56,484 nucleotides of DNA from assembly GCA_937936355.1 (NCBI GenBank), contig CALDDM010000030.1, positions 1-56,484 of the forward strand. The letters run 5' to 3'. A program made the translations under genes and the position numbers. Positions 17,480 through 27,074 of the stretch are shown piece after piece (positions within the stretch are counted from its first letter, which is position 1; each line of letters begins with the position of its first letter). The notes under the pieces were generated by a model, which searched no databases, was not told where the DNA came from, and saw only the letters and a list, made by a program, of their open reading frames with translations. Source of the stretch: Minisyncoccota bacterium (GTDB lineage Bacteria > Patescibacteriota > Minisyncoccia > Moranbacterales > GCA-2747515).

Positions 17480-19144
17480 ATGGCAATGCCAAAAAAAACC
17501 AAGCGCACAACGGTCAAAAAAAGAAAATACATCTTTGTTGTTGGAGGGGTGATGAGTGGTGTGGGTAAAGGAGTAACAACATCATCGATTGGTCGGATAT
17601 TGCAGTCCCGAGGCCTCACTGTAACAGCAATCAAAGTTGATCCATATATTAATCTCGATGCCGGAACCATGAATCCAACAGAGCATGGTGAGTGCTATGT
17701 ATTAGGAGATGGTTATGAAACAGATCAGGATATGGGGAATTACGAGCGTTTTCTGGGTACCAACCTCACATCCCTTAACTACATGACAACAGGTCGTGTA
17801 TACCAGAGAGTCATTGAAAAAGAAAGAAATCTCGAGTATGGAGGTAAATGCGTACAGGTTGTGCCACATATTCCATTAGAGATTATCAGTAGAATTGAAA
17901 AGGCGTCACGCAAGGCAGATGCAGACATAACAATCGTTGAGGTAGGTGGAACAGTTGGGGAGTATGAGAATATTCTTTTCCTCGAAGCAGCGAGAATGAT
18001 GAAGATGAAGGCGCCTGACAACATACTGACAGTCCTGGTGAGTTATGTGCCGATGCCGAGCAAGGTCGGAGAGATGAAAACCAAGCCAACGCAGCATGCA
18101 TCTCGAACACTTGGTAGTTCTGGCCTGCAAGCAGATATTATTGTGGCGCGAAGTGAGGTTCCTCTGGACGCAGTGCGCAAAGAGAAAATTGCACAGTTTT
18201 GCAGTGTGGACACAAAGAGTGTGATTAGTGCTCCTGATGTGGAAAGCATTTATCATGTGCCGCAAAATTTCGAGAAAGATGGATTAAGCGATACAATTCT
18301 CAAAAAACTAGGGATCCGATCACGCGGACGAGATATGAAGGCATGGGAAAGTTTCACGAGAAAAATTGAGCGTGCAAAGAAGCCCGTAAAAATAGCTGTT
18401 GTTGGAAAGTATTTTGCAACGGGTGATTTTGTTCTCAGTGATGCGTATATAAGTGTCATTGAGGCTATTAAGCATAGTGCCTATCATAAGGGTTGTATGC
18501 CTGAGCTGACATGGCTAGACAGCTCACAATATGAAAAGGAACCCAAAAAATTATCTGATTTGAAAGATTATGATGGGGTAGTTGTGCCTGGTGGATTTGG
18601 GACACGTGGAATAGAGGGAAAGATACTTGTAGCAAATTATTGTAGAAAAAACAAGATTCCATACTTTGGATTGTGCTATGGCATGCAGATTGCAGTTGTA
18701 GAATATGCGAGAAATGTTCTTGGGCTAGCAGATGCGCACACCGTAGAGATGAAAGAAAGACCCAAGCATCGCATCATCGATATCATGCCAGAGCAGAAAA
18801 AGCGACTACAAGACAGTGACTACGGTGGGTCAATGCGACTTGGAAATTATGAGGCAATCGTAGGCCCTGGAACAATTGCTCGCAAAGCCTACAAGGCAGA
18901 AAAGATAATAGAGCGTCACAGGCATCGTTATGAAGTAAATCCAGAGTATATCGAGCAGCTTGAAGCCGCTGGCCTTGTATTCTCTGGTAAGTCTCCGAAT
19001 GGACAGCTAATGGAAATTCTTGAATTACCAGAGAAAAAGCATCCATTCTATGTAGGAACGCAGTACCATCCTGAGCTCATATCGAGGCCTCTTGACCCAC
19101 ACCCACTTTTTTTGGCATTTATATCTGCATGCATCAAAAAATAA
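17480..19144 (+). CDS. pyrG: CTP synthase
   Basis: GGVMSGVGKG, DPYINLDAGTMNP, GLCYGMQ and TQYHPE motifs; start 17480 or 17486. Confidence 0.98.
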   Translation: MAMPKKTKRTTVKKRKYIFVVGGVMSGVGKGVTTSSIGRILQSRGLTVTAIKVDPYINLDAGTMNPTEHGECYVLGDGYETDQDMGNYERFLGTNLTSLNYMTTGRVYQRVIEKERNLEYGGKCVQVVPHIPLEIISRIEKASRKADADITIVEVGGTVGEYENILFLEAARMMKMKAPDNILTVLVSYVPMPSKVGEMKTKPTQHASRTLGSSGLQADIIVARSEVPLDAVRKEKIAQFCSVDTKSVISAPDVESIYHVPQNFEKDGLSDTILKKLGIRSRGRDMKAWESFTRKIERAKKPVKIAVVGKYFATGDFVLSDAYISVIEAIKHSAYHKGCMPELTWLDSSQYEKEPKKLSDLKDYDGVVVPGGFGTRGIEGKILVANYCRKNKIPYFGLCYGMQIAVVEYARNVLGLADAHTVEMKERPKHRIIDIMPEQKKRLQDSDYGGSMRLGNYEAIVGPGTIARKAYKAEKIIERHRHRYEVNPEYIEQLEAAGLVFSGKSPNGQLMEILELPEKKHPFYVGTQYHPELISRPLDPHPLFLAFISACIKK

Positions 19145-19265
19145 CAGCTCTGAGAGCTTCCGATCAAAAAAAAGCGGCTCTCCAAACATGTGTTGCAGAT
19201 ATTTTGTGAGTTGTGATATAATAACTCGCAACAATATGATATTAAGGTTATAAATATTCAAAACT

Positions 19266-20276
19266 ATGGCTCCCACAGCAAAGAAGGCTGCAACTGCAGC
19301 AAAAGCGACAGCAAGGAAGACAGTTACAGCTACTGATCACAACAACGTAACGCGTAATCGCAAAAAGTTTCCAGTAGGACTTCTTGTTGCAGGCTTGATT
19401 GCACTTGGCGCTTTTTATCTATTCAAGCAAAATGGAGCCAGTCTTACGCCTGGGGGGTTGTCAAAGGTATCTGGCGATGCTGATCCAGAAAACATAGAGC
19501 AGTGGAGCTATGCAAACGGATACGCGATTGGACAAGACATCGCAACGTCAGTTGATGGTCTTGACGAGGCAATGAAAGTTGACAAAGCAGTTGTTGCTCA
19601 AGCAATATCAGATGTGCTCACAGAAAAAGATCTTAAGCTAACAGAGGATCAGGTAAAGGGCATTTACGAAAAACGCAATGAAATGGCAATTGCAATTCAA
19701 CAGGAGAAGGCCAAGGAGGGCGCCGACTACTTAGAAGAGTTCAAGACGCAATCAGGCGTTAAAACAGAAACAATTGGTACAGCATATAAGGTTCTCACAA
19801 GTGGTGATGGAGAAACAGTCGGAAAAGAAAACGTAGCCCTTGTACAGTACGTGGGCAAAAAAGTAGACCAAACTGAGTTTGATAGCAGTGAAAAAAATGG
19901 TGGTGAGCCGGTTCCATTCCCAAGTAGTGCAGTTATTCCAGGACTTCGACCAGTTCTAGAAAAGATGAAAGTCGGTGACAAGTATGAGATTGTGGTGCCA
20001 GCAGATCAAGCGTATGGTGCGCAGGGCGTTCCAGGTGTCATCGGTCCAAATGAAACACTTATTTTTGAAATGGAAGTAACCGGAGTGAGAAGTATTGCCG
20101 AGCTACAAGCTCAACAACAAGCGGCACAGGCTGCGCAGCAGCAGGCACAACAGCCTGCAGCACAAGCGGAGACTCTCGAGGAGGTAGGGGCAGATACAGA
20201 GTTAGATACAGATGCTGAGGATGTCCAAGAAGACGAAGAGCTGACATCTGCAGATGATGAGGCTGGGGATAACTAG
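19266..20276 (+). CDS. Membrane-anchored FKBP-type peptidyl-prolyl isomerase (FkpA/Mip-like)
   Basis: TM segment; FKBP_N (SYANGYAIG); FKBP domain (EFDSS, VIPG, AYGAQG, IGPNETLIFEMEV); Q-rich and acidic tail. Confidence 0.92.
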   Translation: MAPTAKKAATAAKATARKTVTATDHNNVTRNRKKFPVGLLVAGLIALGAFYLFKQNGASLTPGGLSKVSGDADPENIEQWSYANGYAIGQDIATSVDGLDEAMKVDKAVVAQAISDVLTEKDLKLTEDQVKGIYEKRNEMAIAIQQEKAKEGADYLEEFKTQSGVKTETIGTAYKVLTSGDGETVGKENVALVQYVGKKVDQTEFDSSEKNGGEPVPFPSSAVIPGLRPVLEKMKVGDKYEIVVPADQAYGAQGVPGVIGPNETLIFEMEVTGVRSIAELQAQQQAAQAAQQQAQQPAAQAETLEEVGADTELDTDAEDVQEDEELTSADDEAGDN

Positions 20277-20303
20277 ATTAGGCTGCGACAAGTTAAGCCC
20301 AGT

Positions 20304-20340
20304 AAAAAACCAGTGCATTTCTGCAGCTGGTTTTTTTGTT
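20304..20340 (+). terminator. Terminator after the FKBP gene
   Basis: AAAAAACCAG...CTGGTTTTTTT hairpin. Confidence 0.65.
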
Positions 20341-20397
20341 GTGACATCGCAGTACTTTTAGGAAATGTGAATATTGCAGGCATGGTACTTAAAAAAC

Positions 20398-20425
20398 ATA
20401 AAATCCCCTAAGGAGAGGATTTTAT
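20398..20425 (-). terminator. Terminator-like hairpin after rpmA
   Basis: ATAAAATCC...GGATTTTAT inverted repeat with a T-rich tail on the minus strand. Confidence 0.55.
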
Positions 20426-20450
20426 ACAGGCAAGTGAGATATGTGCAGTG

Positions 20451-20741
20451 CTACTTCTTTTTTGGAGTAGGTACAACGCTTACGTAACGACGTTCACTGA
20501 GCTTTCCGGTAAAGGCTCGAACCTTTTTTTTGCTAAATTCTACGATCCCATCTGAAACTGCGTACAGCGTATCATCTTCTGATCGTCGAACACCAACACC
20601 AGGATTAAACTTTGTCCCTCTTTGGCGAATGATGATATTACCAGATTTAACGGTCTGTGATCCAAAGATTTTAACGCCGAGGCGCTTTGAGATGGAATCG
20701 CGACCGAGACTGGTCGAGCCACCTGCTTTCCTATGTGCCAT
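20451..20741 (-). CDS. rpmA: 50S ribosomal protein bL27
   Basis: [24 protein letters not shown] and IIRQRGTKF motifs; rplU is not adjacent. Confidence 0.98.
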   Translation of the reverse strand: MAHRKAGGSTSLGRDSISKRLGVKIFGSQTVKSGNIIIRQRGTKFNPGVGVRRSEDDTLYAVSDGIVEFSKKKVRAFTGKLSERRYVSVVPTPKKK

Positions 20742-20932
20742 ATCTAAATATTAGTTGTCGATAATAAAAGAAAGATTAACTAGGTGTGATGCGCTTGAGC
20801 TGATATGTCTGATCAGTAAGGGCTGTATAGTATAATTTTTCTATTGTGGGCATAAATTCGCAAACCCAAAATACTTGTGGTATTATAGCAAAAACAGCAT
20901 TTACGTCAAGTAAGTTACCTGAGGGAGAGATT

Positions 20933-21364
20933 ATGAGGGAAAAGATAAGAAAGTGGTGGGCTCTACAGAGCGGCCATATCGTAATTGGACTGACTGTCCT
21001 CAGCGTTGGTTGTGCGGGATATATGCTAGGAATGACGAGGGACATGGTTGTGAATTCGCACCCAATGAGAGTGGTGATGGGTCAGGGCGTTAATACAACG
21101 CTATGTGATGCACAATGCAGCAGCATAGGTATACGTGAGGTGTCTGCAGGCAGAAGTATGGAGGAGTCAAAAGTTCAAGTCTCAGGAGAGGGTTCTGTAG
21201 TTGCGGACGGTGAGTGCGTCCTCGTAGGAAGTAAGAGTGGAACGAAATACTATCCACCGTCATGCAAAGCAGTAAAGCGAATCAAGTCAGAAAATTTACG
21301 GTGTTTTACCTCAGAGGCAGATGCGAGGTCCCAGGGCTATGCAAAGACAAAGGTTTGTAGTTAG
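20933..21364 (+). CDS. Membrane-anchored protein with C-terminal Ada metal-binding-like domain
   Basis: TM helix; C-terminal VGSKSGTKYYPPSCKAVKRI...CFTSEADARSQGY pattern. Confidence 0.75.
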   Translation: MREKIRKWWALQSGHIVIGLTVLSVGCAGYMLGMTRDMVVNSHPMRVVMGQGVNTTLCDAQCSSIGIREVSAGRSMEESKVQVSGEGSVVADGECVLVGSKSGTKYYPPSCKAVKRIKSENLRCFTSEADARSQGYAKTKVCS

Positions 21365-21393
21365 GTGTTTTAGTTCGCATAAAAATCAAAAGC

Positions 21394-22101
21394 ATGAAAG
21401 AGAAAACATACATCCTTAACCTAGGAGGCTCACTTGTAGTACCAGAGGAGATCAATACAAGGCTTGTTGCAGAATTCCGCGATCTCATCATTGATCGTGT
21501 CACAAATCATGATCAGAAATTCGTAATCATTGTTGGCGGTGGTAAAACTGCGCGAAAGTATCAAGATGCTGCTGGAGTGATCTTGCCTGATATTCCAGAC
21601 CAGGACAAGGATTGGTTGGGTATCCATGCAACAAGATTGAATGCACAGCTCTTGCGAACAATATTTAGTGAGTATGTATTTTCAAAAATCAATACCAATC
21701 CGCATGATCTCGAGGATTTCTATCACTCACGCGATCCAATTATGATTGCGGCGGGCTGGAAGCCAGGATTCTCAACCGACTACTGTACAGTTCTGCTTGG
21801 ACGGTACCTAGGCATAAAGAAGATCGTTAATCTTTCAAATATAGATTATATTTACGATAAAGATCCTCGTGTGCATGATGATGCAAAGAAGATCGAGGAT
21901 ATGTCGTGGAAAGAATTTCGAACGTTCTTTGGCCAAAAGGAATGGACACCCGGTATGAATACGCCCTTCGACCCTGTGGCTGCAGAATTCGCAGATAAGG
22001 AAGATTTGGAAGTTGTGACTATGAACGGATCCAACATAGAAAACTTGAGAGCATACTTTAGCCAGGATGCATTCCAAGGAAGTGTTATAAAAAATGGTTG
22101 A
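21394..22101 (+). CDS. pyrH: Uridylate kinase (archaeal/spirochaete-like type)
   Basis: LGGSLV, VGGGKTARKYQ, GIHATRLNAQL, GWKPGFSTD and YDKDPR motifs; upstream of frr. Confidence 0.93.
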   Translation: MKEKTYILNLGGSLVVPEEINTRLVAEFRDLIIDRVTNHDQKFVIIVGGGKTARKYQDAAGVILPDIPDQDKDWLGIHATRLNAQLLRTIFSEYVFSKINTNPHDLEDFYHSRDPIMIAAGWKPGFSTDYCTVLLGRYLGIKKIVNLSNIDYIYDKDPRVHDDAKKIEDMSWKEFRTFFGQKEWTPGMNTPFDPVAAEFADKEDLEVVTMNGSNIENLRAYFSQDAFQGSVIKNG

Positions 22102-22139
22102 CGCCAAAAAAAATGTCGAGTTCCTCACTAAAGAAAAGC

Positions 22140-23258
22140 ATGATGAAATATCCATATACGATTATTATGTTGGCTTGTGTCCTTGTGCTCTCAGGGTGTC
22201 TGCCAGGGTTTGGTACACGAAAAAACATTCCTGCAAATGGAGGTATTGCACGCAGCGCTGACGGTGGAGTCAGCTTTGAAAGGCGCAACACCGTAGAGGG
22301 AGTGGAGGTGGATGAAAAACTTGCCGTGAGTTTTTCTTTGGCACGAGCAGATGTCACAGCTCTTGCGATCGATCCACAGGATTCGTCAAATGTTTATGCT
22401 GGAACAAAGAGAAAAGGCCTGTATAAATCATCAGATGCAGGCGCTTCGTGGAAAGAGGTGACATTTGATGCAAGGTCGGTGACGTCACTTGCAATCGATC
22501 CTCGCGATAGTGCGGTACTTTATGTTGCAGCGACATGGGAAAGCCGAGGAAGCTTGTTTAAATCAAAGGATGCAGGTGAGAGTTGGGAGAGAATATATGT
22601 AGAGCCAGTCAGTGACACAGAGGTGATGGTTGTACGCATTCACCCGAGGATACCTGATGAGATGTACATTGGCACGAGTATTAACCGATCACGCAAAAGT
22701 ACAATCGCGCGATCGCGAGACGGTGGAATCACATGGGATAATATTAGGACAAATGATGCAACGATTAAAGATATCAGCTTTGATCCGCAGAATGTAGATC
22801 AAATGTACTTTTTTTCAAGTCGCAACGACATATTGCGTAGCGCAGATCGAGGGCAGAATTGGGAGTCAATTACCAAGCTCAAGAGAGATGATCGAAGTCA
22901 AAGATATGAAGGTACTGTGCAGTCATTTCTTGTACACCCACAAAGTCCTGGGGAACTTTATATTGGAACTGATCGGTCTCTGTATAGATCAGAGAACTAT
23001 GGGGACACGTGGGCAGAAGTGGACATCATCGGAAGCTCAAAGGGCATCCCTATCCGTGCAATAGCAATGAGTCCAATTTCTGATAATCAGATCACATATG
23101 CATCTGCACAAGCATTGTACGTATTAGCAGGCTCTGACGGACAGACGAACCGATGGAAAATTACTGATACACAAAGTCAACAGATAATTAGTACAATTTT
23201 ATATGATCCAAACCAAGCAGGTGTGATGTACGTGGGATTTCAGGGTGTGAGCAGATAA
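22140..23258 (+). CDS. Beta-propeller lipoprotein with BNR/Asp-box repeats (YCF48/VPS10-like)
   Basis: Lipobox LSGC; repeated S.D.G.(S/T)W Asp-boxes. Confidence 0.85.
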   Translation: MMKYPYTIIMLACVLVLSGCLPGFGTRKNIPANGGIARSADGGVSFERRNTVEGVEVDEKLAVSFSLARADVTALAIDPQDSSNVYAGTKRKGLYKSSDAGASWKEVTFDARSVTSLAIDPRDSAVLYVAATWESRGSLFKSKDAGESWERIYVEPVSDTEVMVVRIHPRIPDEMYIGTSINRSRKSTIARSRDGGITWDNIRTNDATIKDISFDPQNVDQMYFFSSRNDILRSADRGQNWESITKLKRDDRSQRYEGTVQSFLVHPQSPGELYIGTDRSLYRSENYGDTWAEVDIIGSSKGIPIRAIAMSPISDNQITYASAQALYVLAGSDGQTNRWKITDTQSQQIISTILYDPNQAGVMYVGFQGVSR

Positions 23259-23389
23259 CGAGGGTTGCAGATGGTATGCAAATAGGCTGTACATGATATA
23301 CTATGCAAATGAGGTAATGAAACACTTCCTACAAAGAGGCGACGACTTTTATATGTGTGTCGCCAAATAAATGATAAAACGATGCTGAC

Positions 23390-23950
23390 ATGACGTATCA
23401 AGAAATAATTGATGCTCAGAAAGAAGCTTTTGAGCAAATACATGAGAGGTTGCACAGTGAGTATGCGAAGTTGCGGAGCGGTCGAGCAAGCACATCTCTC
23501 GTCGATGAGCTTAATGTCGACTACTATGGAACACCGACACCACTCAAGCAAGCAGCCAATGTCTCTGTCCCTGAGGCGCGACAAATCCTGATCCAACCAT
23601 GGGATAAGGGTGTTTTGGATCTGATTGAAGATGCGATCAAAAAATCAGACCTGGGAGTGCAACCGTCAAACGATGGTAGTGTGATTAGAATTGTTTTGCC
23701 ACCAATGACAGAGGAAAATCGCAAAGATCTCGTTAAGGTGCTTAACCAGAGAACAGAAGAGGCGCGTGTAGCTGTTAGGAGTGTGCGTGAAGAGATTTGG
23801 AAAGAAATTCAAAGCCAGGAAAAAGATGGTGAGATGAGCGAAGACGATAAATTTTCTGGTAAAGATGCTCTACAGAAAGTAGTTGACGAACATAATGGGC
23901 GCATAGAAGACTCGAGGAATAAGAAAGAGTCAGACATTATGACGGTGTAG
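23390..23950 (+). CDS. frr: Ribosome recycling factor
   Basis: LRSGRAS, VDYYGTPTPL, IQPWDK and LPPMTEENRKDLVK motifs. Confidence 0.98.
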   Translation: MTYQEIIDAQKEAFEQIHERLHSEYAKLRSGRASTSLVDELNVDYYGTPTPLKQAANVSVPEARQILIQPWDKGVLDLIEDAIKKSDLGVQPSNDGSVIRIVLPPMTEENRKDLVKVLNQRTEEARVAVRSVREEIWKEIQSQEKDGEMSEDDKFSGKDALQKVVDEHNGRIEDSRNKKESDIMTV

Positions 23951-24017
23951 GGTAATATATCACCTAGTACGTTTTGGTGCAGTTCATAAAATTTGATTGA
24001 TAAGAAACAAAAAAAAT

Positions 24018-25289
24018 ATGAGTAAGTCGGCAATAGTATTTCTAGGACTTGTCGTAGCAATGGCTATCGGTCTTATAACGGGTAAAATTGAACCGAGTGT
24101 GATTGTTACGGGCGCAACATTTCTAGGTGTTCTTGGAGCACTTGTCTACATCCATGAGGCTGGCCACTATGTGACAGCAAGGCGAAATGGAATTACATGC
24201 CATGAATTCGGTTTTGGATTTCCACCGCGTATTGGGGGATTTGTGCGTGATCCCAAAACAGGGAAGAGAAAATTCATAAGAGGTAATCAAGAATATTACG
24301 GAAACGACACATTGTTTTCAATTAACTGGATTCCTCTGGGCGGTTTTGTACGAATTAAGGGAGAGAATGCAGAGAAGCATGTTGAAGATGAGAATGGAAA
24401 CCTTGTAGAGAAAAAAGAGTTCGATAAAGATCATTTTGCAGCGCAGAGCGTATGGGTACGGTTCAAGGTGCTTGTTGCAGGCGTGGTGATGAATTTTTTT
24501 CTTGCGTGGCTTCTTTACACGGTTGCAGCTATGATTGGTGCTCCAGCGCAGACGCATGACGCGCAGGGCAATCAGATACCGATACCGGCCGATTGGATCT
24601 CAGCTCCACCAAAAGTACTCGTAAATAGTGCTGTACCAGAGAGTGCGGCTGCAACAATGGGAATAAGCATCGGAGATGCTCTGAAATCTATGTGTGCAGG
24701 GGATGAGTGCTATACAATTTCTCAGGAGTCAGATGTAGTAAGTGCCGTGCAGTCTCTAAAAGGCCGAGATATTCGCGTAGATGTAACGCGTGGAAGTCAG
24801 TCGTTAACGCTGAAAGGGCCGCTACCAGCACAAGTTGGAGAAGGTGAGCACATTCTCGGTGTGGAAATAGTACAAATGGTAGAGGTGCAATATCCACCGC
24901 ACATTGCTGCAATTGAGGGAGCGAAGCGAACAGGGTATATGACGCTTGGCATTCTCAACGCACTCGCCCAATTGCCAAAGATTCTGATATCTGGTGGGGA
25001 TCAACTCTCGGGGCCTGTTGGTATAGCTGCTATGACCGGGCAGGCACGTGAACTTGGGATCACATTCCTCATGAACTTCGCAGCAATGCTGAGTGTGAAC
25101 CTTGCAGTTTTCAATATCCTGCCAATTCCTGCGCTTGATGGCGGTCGCATACTCTTCCTTCTGATCGAGAAGCTAAAGGGCTCACCAATCAGTCCGCGTG
25201 TTGAGGGGGGATTCCATACACTCTTCTTTACACTGCTCATCTTGCTTATGCTTTACGTAACAGTCAAGGACATTCTCAAATTCATCTAA
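24018..25289 (+). CDS. rseP: RIP metalloprotease RseP (M50, PDZ)
   Basis: HEAGH, WIPLGGFVRIKG, AGVVMN, SGPVGI and NILPIPALDGG motifs. Confidence 0.95.
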   Translation: MSKSAIVFLGLVVAMAIGLITGKIEPSVIVTGATFLGVLGALVYIHEAGHYVTARRNGITCHEFGFGFPPRIGGFVRDPKTGKRKFIRGNQEYYGNDTLFSINWIPLGGFVRIKGENAEKHVEDENGNLVEKKEFDKDHFAAQSVWVRFKVLVAGVVMNFFLAWLLYTVAAMIGAPAQTHDAQGNQIPIPADWISAPPKVLVNSAVPESAAATMGISIGDALKSMCAGDECYTISQESDVVSAVQSLKGRDIRVDVTRGSQSLTLKGPLPAQVGEGEHILGVEIVQMVEVQYPPHIAAIEGAKRTGYMTLGILNALAQLPKILISGGDQLSGPVGIAAMTGQARELGITFLMNFAAMLSVNLAVFNILPIPALDGGRILFLLIEKLKGSPISPRVEGGFHTLFFTLLILLMLYVTVKDILKFI

Positions 25290-25333
25290 GATGAGAAGGA
25301 TGTCCAGTCAAACGTCTTACAAACCAGTCAACT

Positions 25334-26581
25334 ATGAAACAATCACAATTATTCACAAAGACACAAAAATTTGCCCCAAAAGATGAAAAGTCAAAAAATG
25401 CCCAGCTTCTTATTCGAGCGGGATACATACACAAAGAAATGGCCGGAGCGTATTCACTGTTACCGCTTGGCATTCGCGCAGTAGAAAACATCAAGCAAAT
25501 TGTCAGAGAAGAAATGAATACAATGGGAGCTAGCGAACTGATTATGACAGGGATTCAGCGCAAGGAGCTCTGGGACTCAACGGGAAGGTGGGATGATAGT
25601 GTTGTAGACGTATGGTTTAAGTCAGAACTTAAAAATGGTTCAGAGGTGGGGTTTGGATGGTCGCATGAAGAGCCAATTGGGGATATGATGAAAAGTCACA
25701 TCACAAGCTTTCGAGATCTTCCTATTCATGTGTACCAGTTTCAGACAAAGCTGAGAAATGAGATGAGAGCAAAGAGTGGGATCATGCGCGGGAGAGAGTT
25801 TGTTATGAAGGACATGTATAGCTTTTCACGAAATCAGGATCAGCATGATAGATTTTACAACAACTGCATCGAAGCATACAAAAGAGTGTTTGACCGACTA
25901 GGTGTGGGAGATGATACATTCGTGACATTTGCGGCTGGCGGAGCATTTACAGAATTTTCACATGAGTTTCAAACAGTATGCGAGGCGGGTGAAGACGTGA
26001 TATATATCAACAGAGAGAAAAATATCGCCATCAACGAAGAGGTGCTTAATGACAAAACCCTGGAAAGTCTTGGTGTGGCGCGTGAGGATCTTGAAGAGGT
26101 ACGGACAGCTGAGACTGGAAATATCTTCAACTTTGGCACAGAGAAGGGTGAGAGTTTGGGGCTATACTATACAGATGATCAGGGAGATAAGGTGCCTGTA
26201 TGGATGGGATCGTATGGCATAGGCATTACACGACTTCTTGGTGTATTAGTTGAAAAGTTTGCAGATGAAAAAGGTGTAGTCTTGCCACACGGCGTCGCAC
26301 CTTTTGCGGTGCATCTGATCAGCATCGGTCAAGATCGCAAGGCGCAAGAAATCTATGGTGCATTAACAAAGACGGGTGTTGACGTGCTTTTTGATGACCG
26401 AGATATACGACCTGGAGAGAAATTTGCAGATAGCGACCTCATCGGTATTCCAACACGCGTCGTAGTCTCAGAAAAGTCACTCGCTACTGGCGGTGTAGAG
26501 GTAAAGAAGAGAACCCAAGAAGAAGTCCGAGTTATGCCTCTAGATGAGTTTTATGAAGAAATTAATAATCATCAGGGGTAA
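25334..26581 (+). CDS. proS: Proline--tRNA ligase (short form without INS editing domain)
   Basis: QLLIRAGYI, REFVMKDMYSF, MGSYGIGITRL and DDRDIRPGEKFADSDLIGIP motifs; 415 aa. Confidence 0.95.
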   Translation: MKQSQLFTKTQKFAPKDEKSKNAQLLIRAGYIHKEMAGAYSLLPLGIRAVENIKQIVREEMNTMGASELIMTGIQRKELWDSTGRWDDSVVDVWFKSELKNGSEVGFGWSHEEPIGDMMKSHITSFRDLPIHVYQFQTKLRNEMRAKSGIMRGREFVMKDMYSFSRNQDQHDRFYNNCIEAYKRVFDRLGVGDDTFVTFAAGGAFTEFSHEFQTVCEAGEDVIYINREKNIAINEEVLNDKTLESLGVAREDLEEVRTAETGNIFNFGTEKGESLGLYYTDDQGDKVPVWMGSYGIGITRLLGVLVEKFADEKGVVLPHGVAPFAVHLISIGQDRKAQEIYGALTKTGVDVLFDDRDIRPGEKFADSDLIGIPTRVVVSEKSLATGGVEVKKRTQEEVRVMPLDEFYEEINNHQG

Positions 26582-27074
26582 TTCAGGATCAGGCAAGAGC
26601 ACGATAGCACGTGCGATCCAGGAAGAATTGCGGGGTATGCAAAAGGTTGCCCTTATTGAGCAAGATTACCTGAGAAGAGTTATATTGAAAGAGAAGGAGT
26701 CGGAAGGGTCTGACAACATTGATCTTATTGAGAACACTGCAAAATTTGCAATTGACAGGGGTTATCTTGTAGTTTTAGAAGGTATTTTGGTTAAAAAGCG
26801 GTATCATACAATGCTTCAACGTTTGCGAGAGTATGCTGATGTGTCAAGGACATACTACTTTGACCTGAGTTTTGAAGAGACACTGAGAAGGCATCAGGGA
26901 AAAGTGAATACACATGATTTTGGTGAGAATGAGATGAGGGGTTGGTGGACTCAAGGAGATGTCTTAGGCGGCGATGATATTCTCATCGGGGAAGAAATGA
27001 GCAAGCAACAGATCACCGATAAAATTATTTCTGACATAGAAGCAGAAGATTGTAAGATGCAAAGAAATGGATAA
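26553..27074 (+). CDS. P-loop kinase (AAA_33-like)
   Basis: KLIIIRGNSGSGKST Walker A; EQDYLRR; FEETLRRH. Confidence 0.85.
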   Translation: MKKLIIIRGNSGSGKSTIARAIQEELRGMQKVALIEQDYLRRVILKEKESEGSDNIDLIENTAKFAIDRGYLVVLEGILVKKRYHTMLQRLREYADVSRTYYFDLSFEETLRRHQGKVNTHDFGENEMRGWWTQGDVLGGDDILIGEEMSKQQITDKIISDIEAEDCKMQRNG

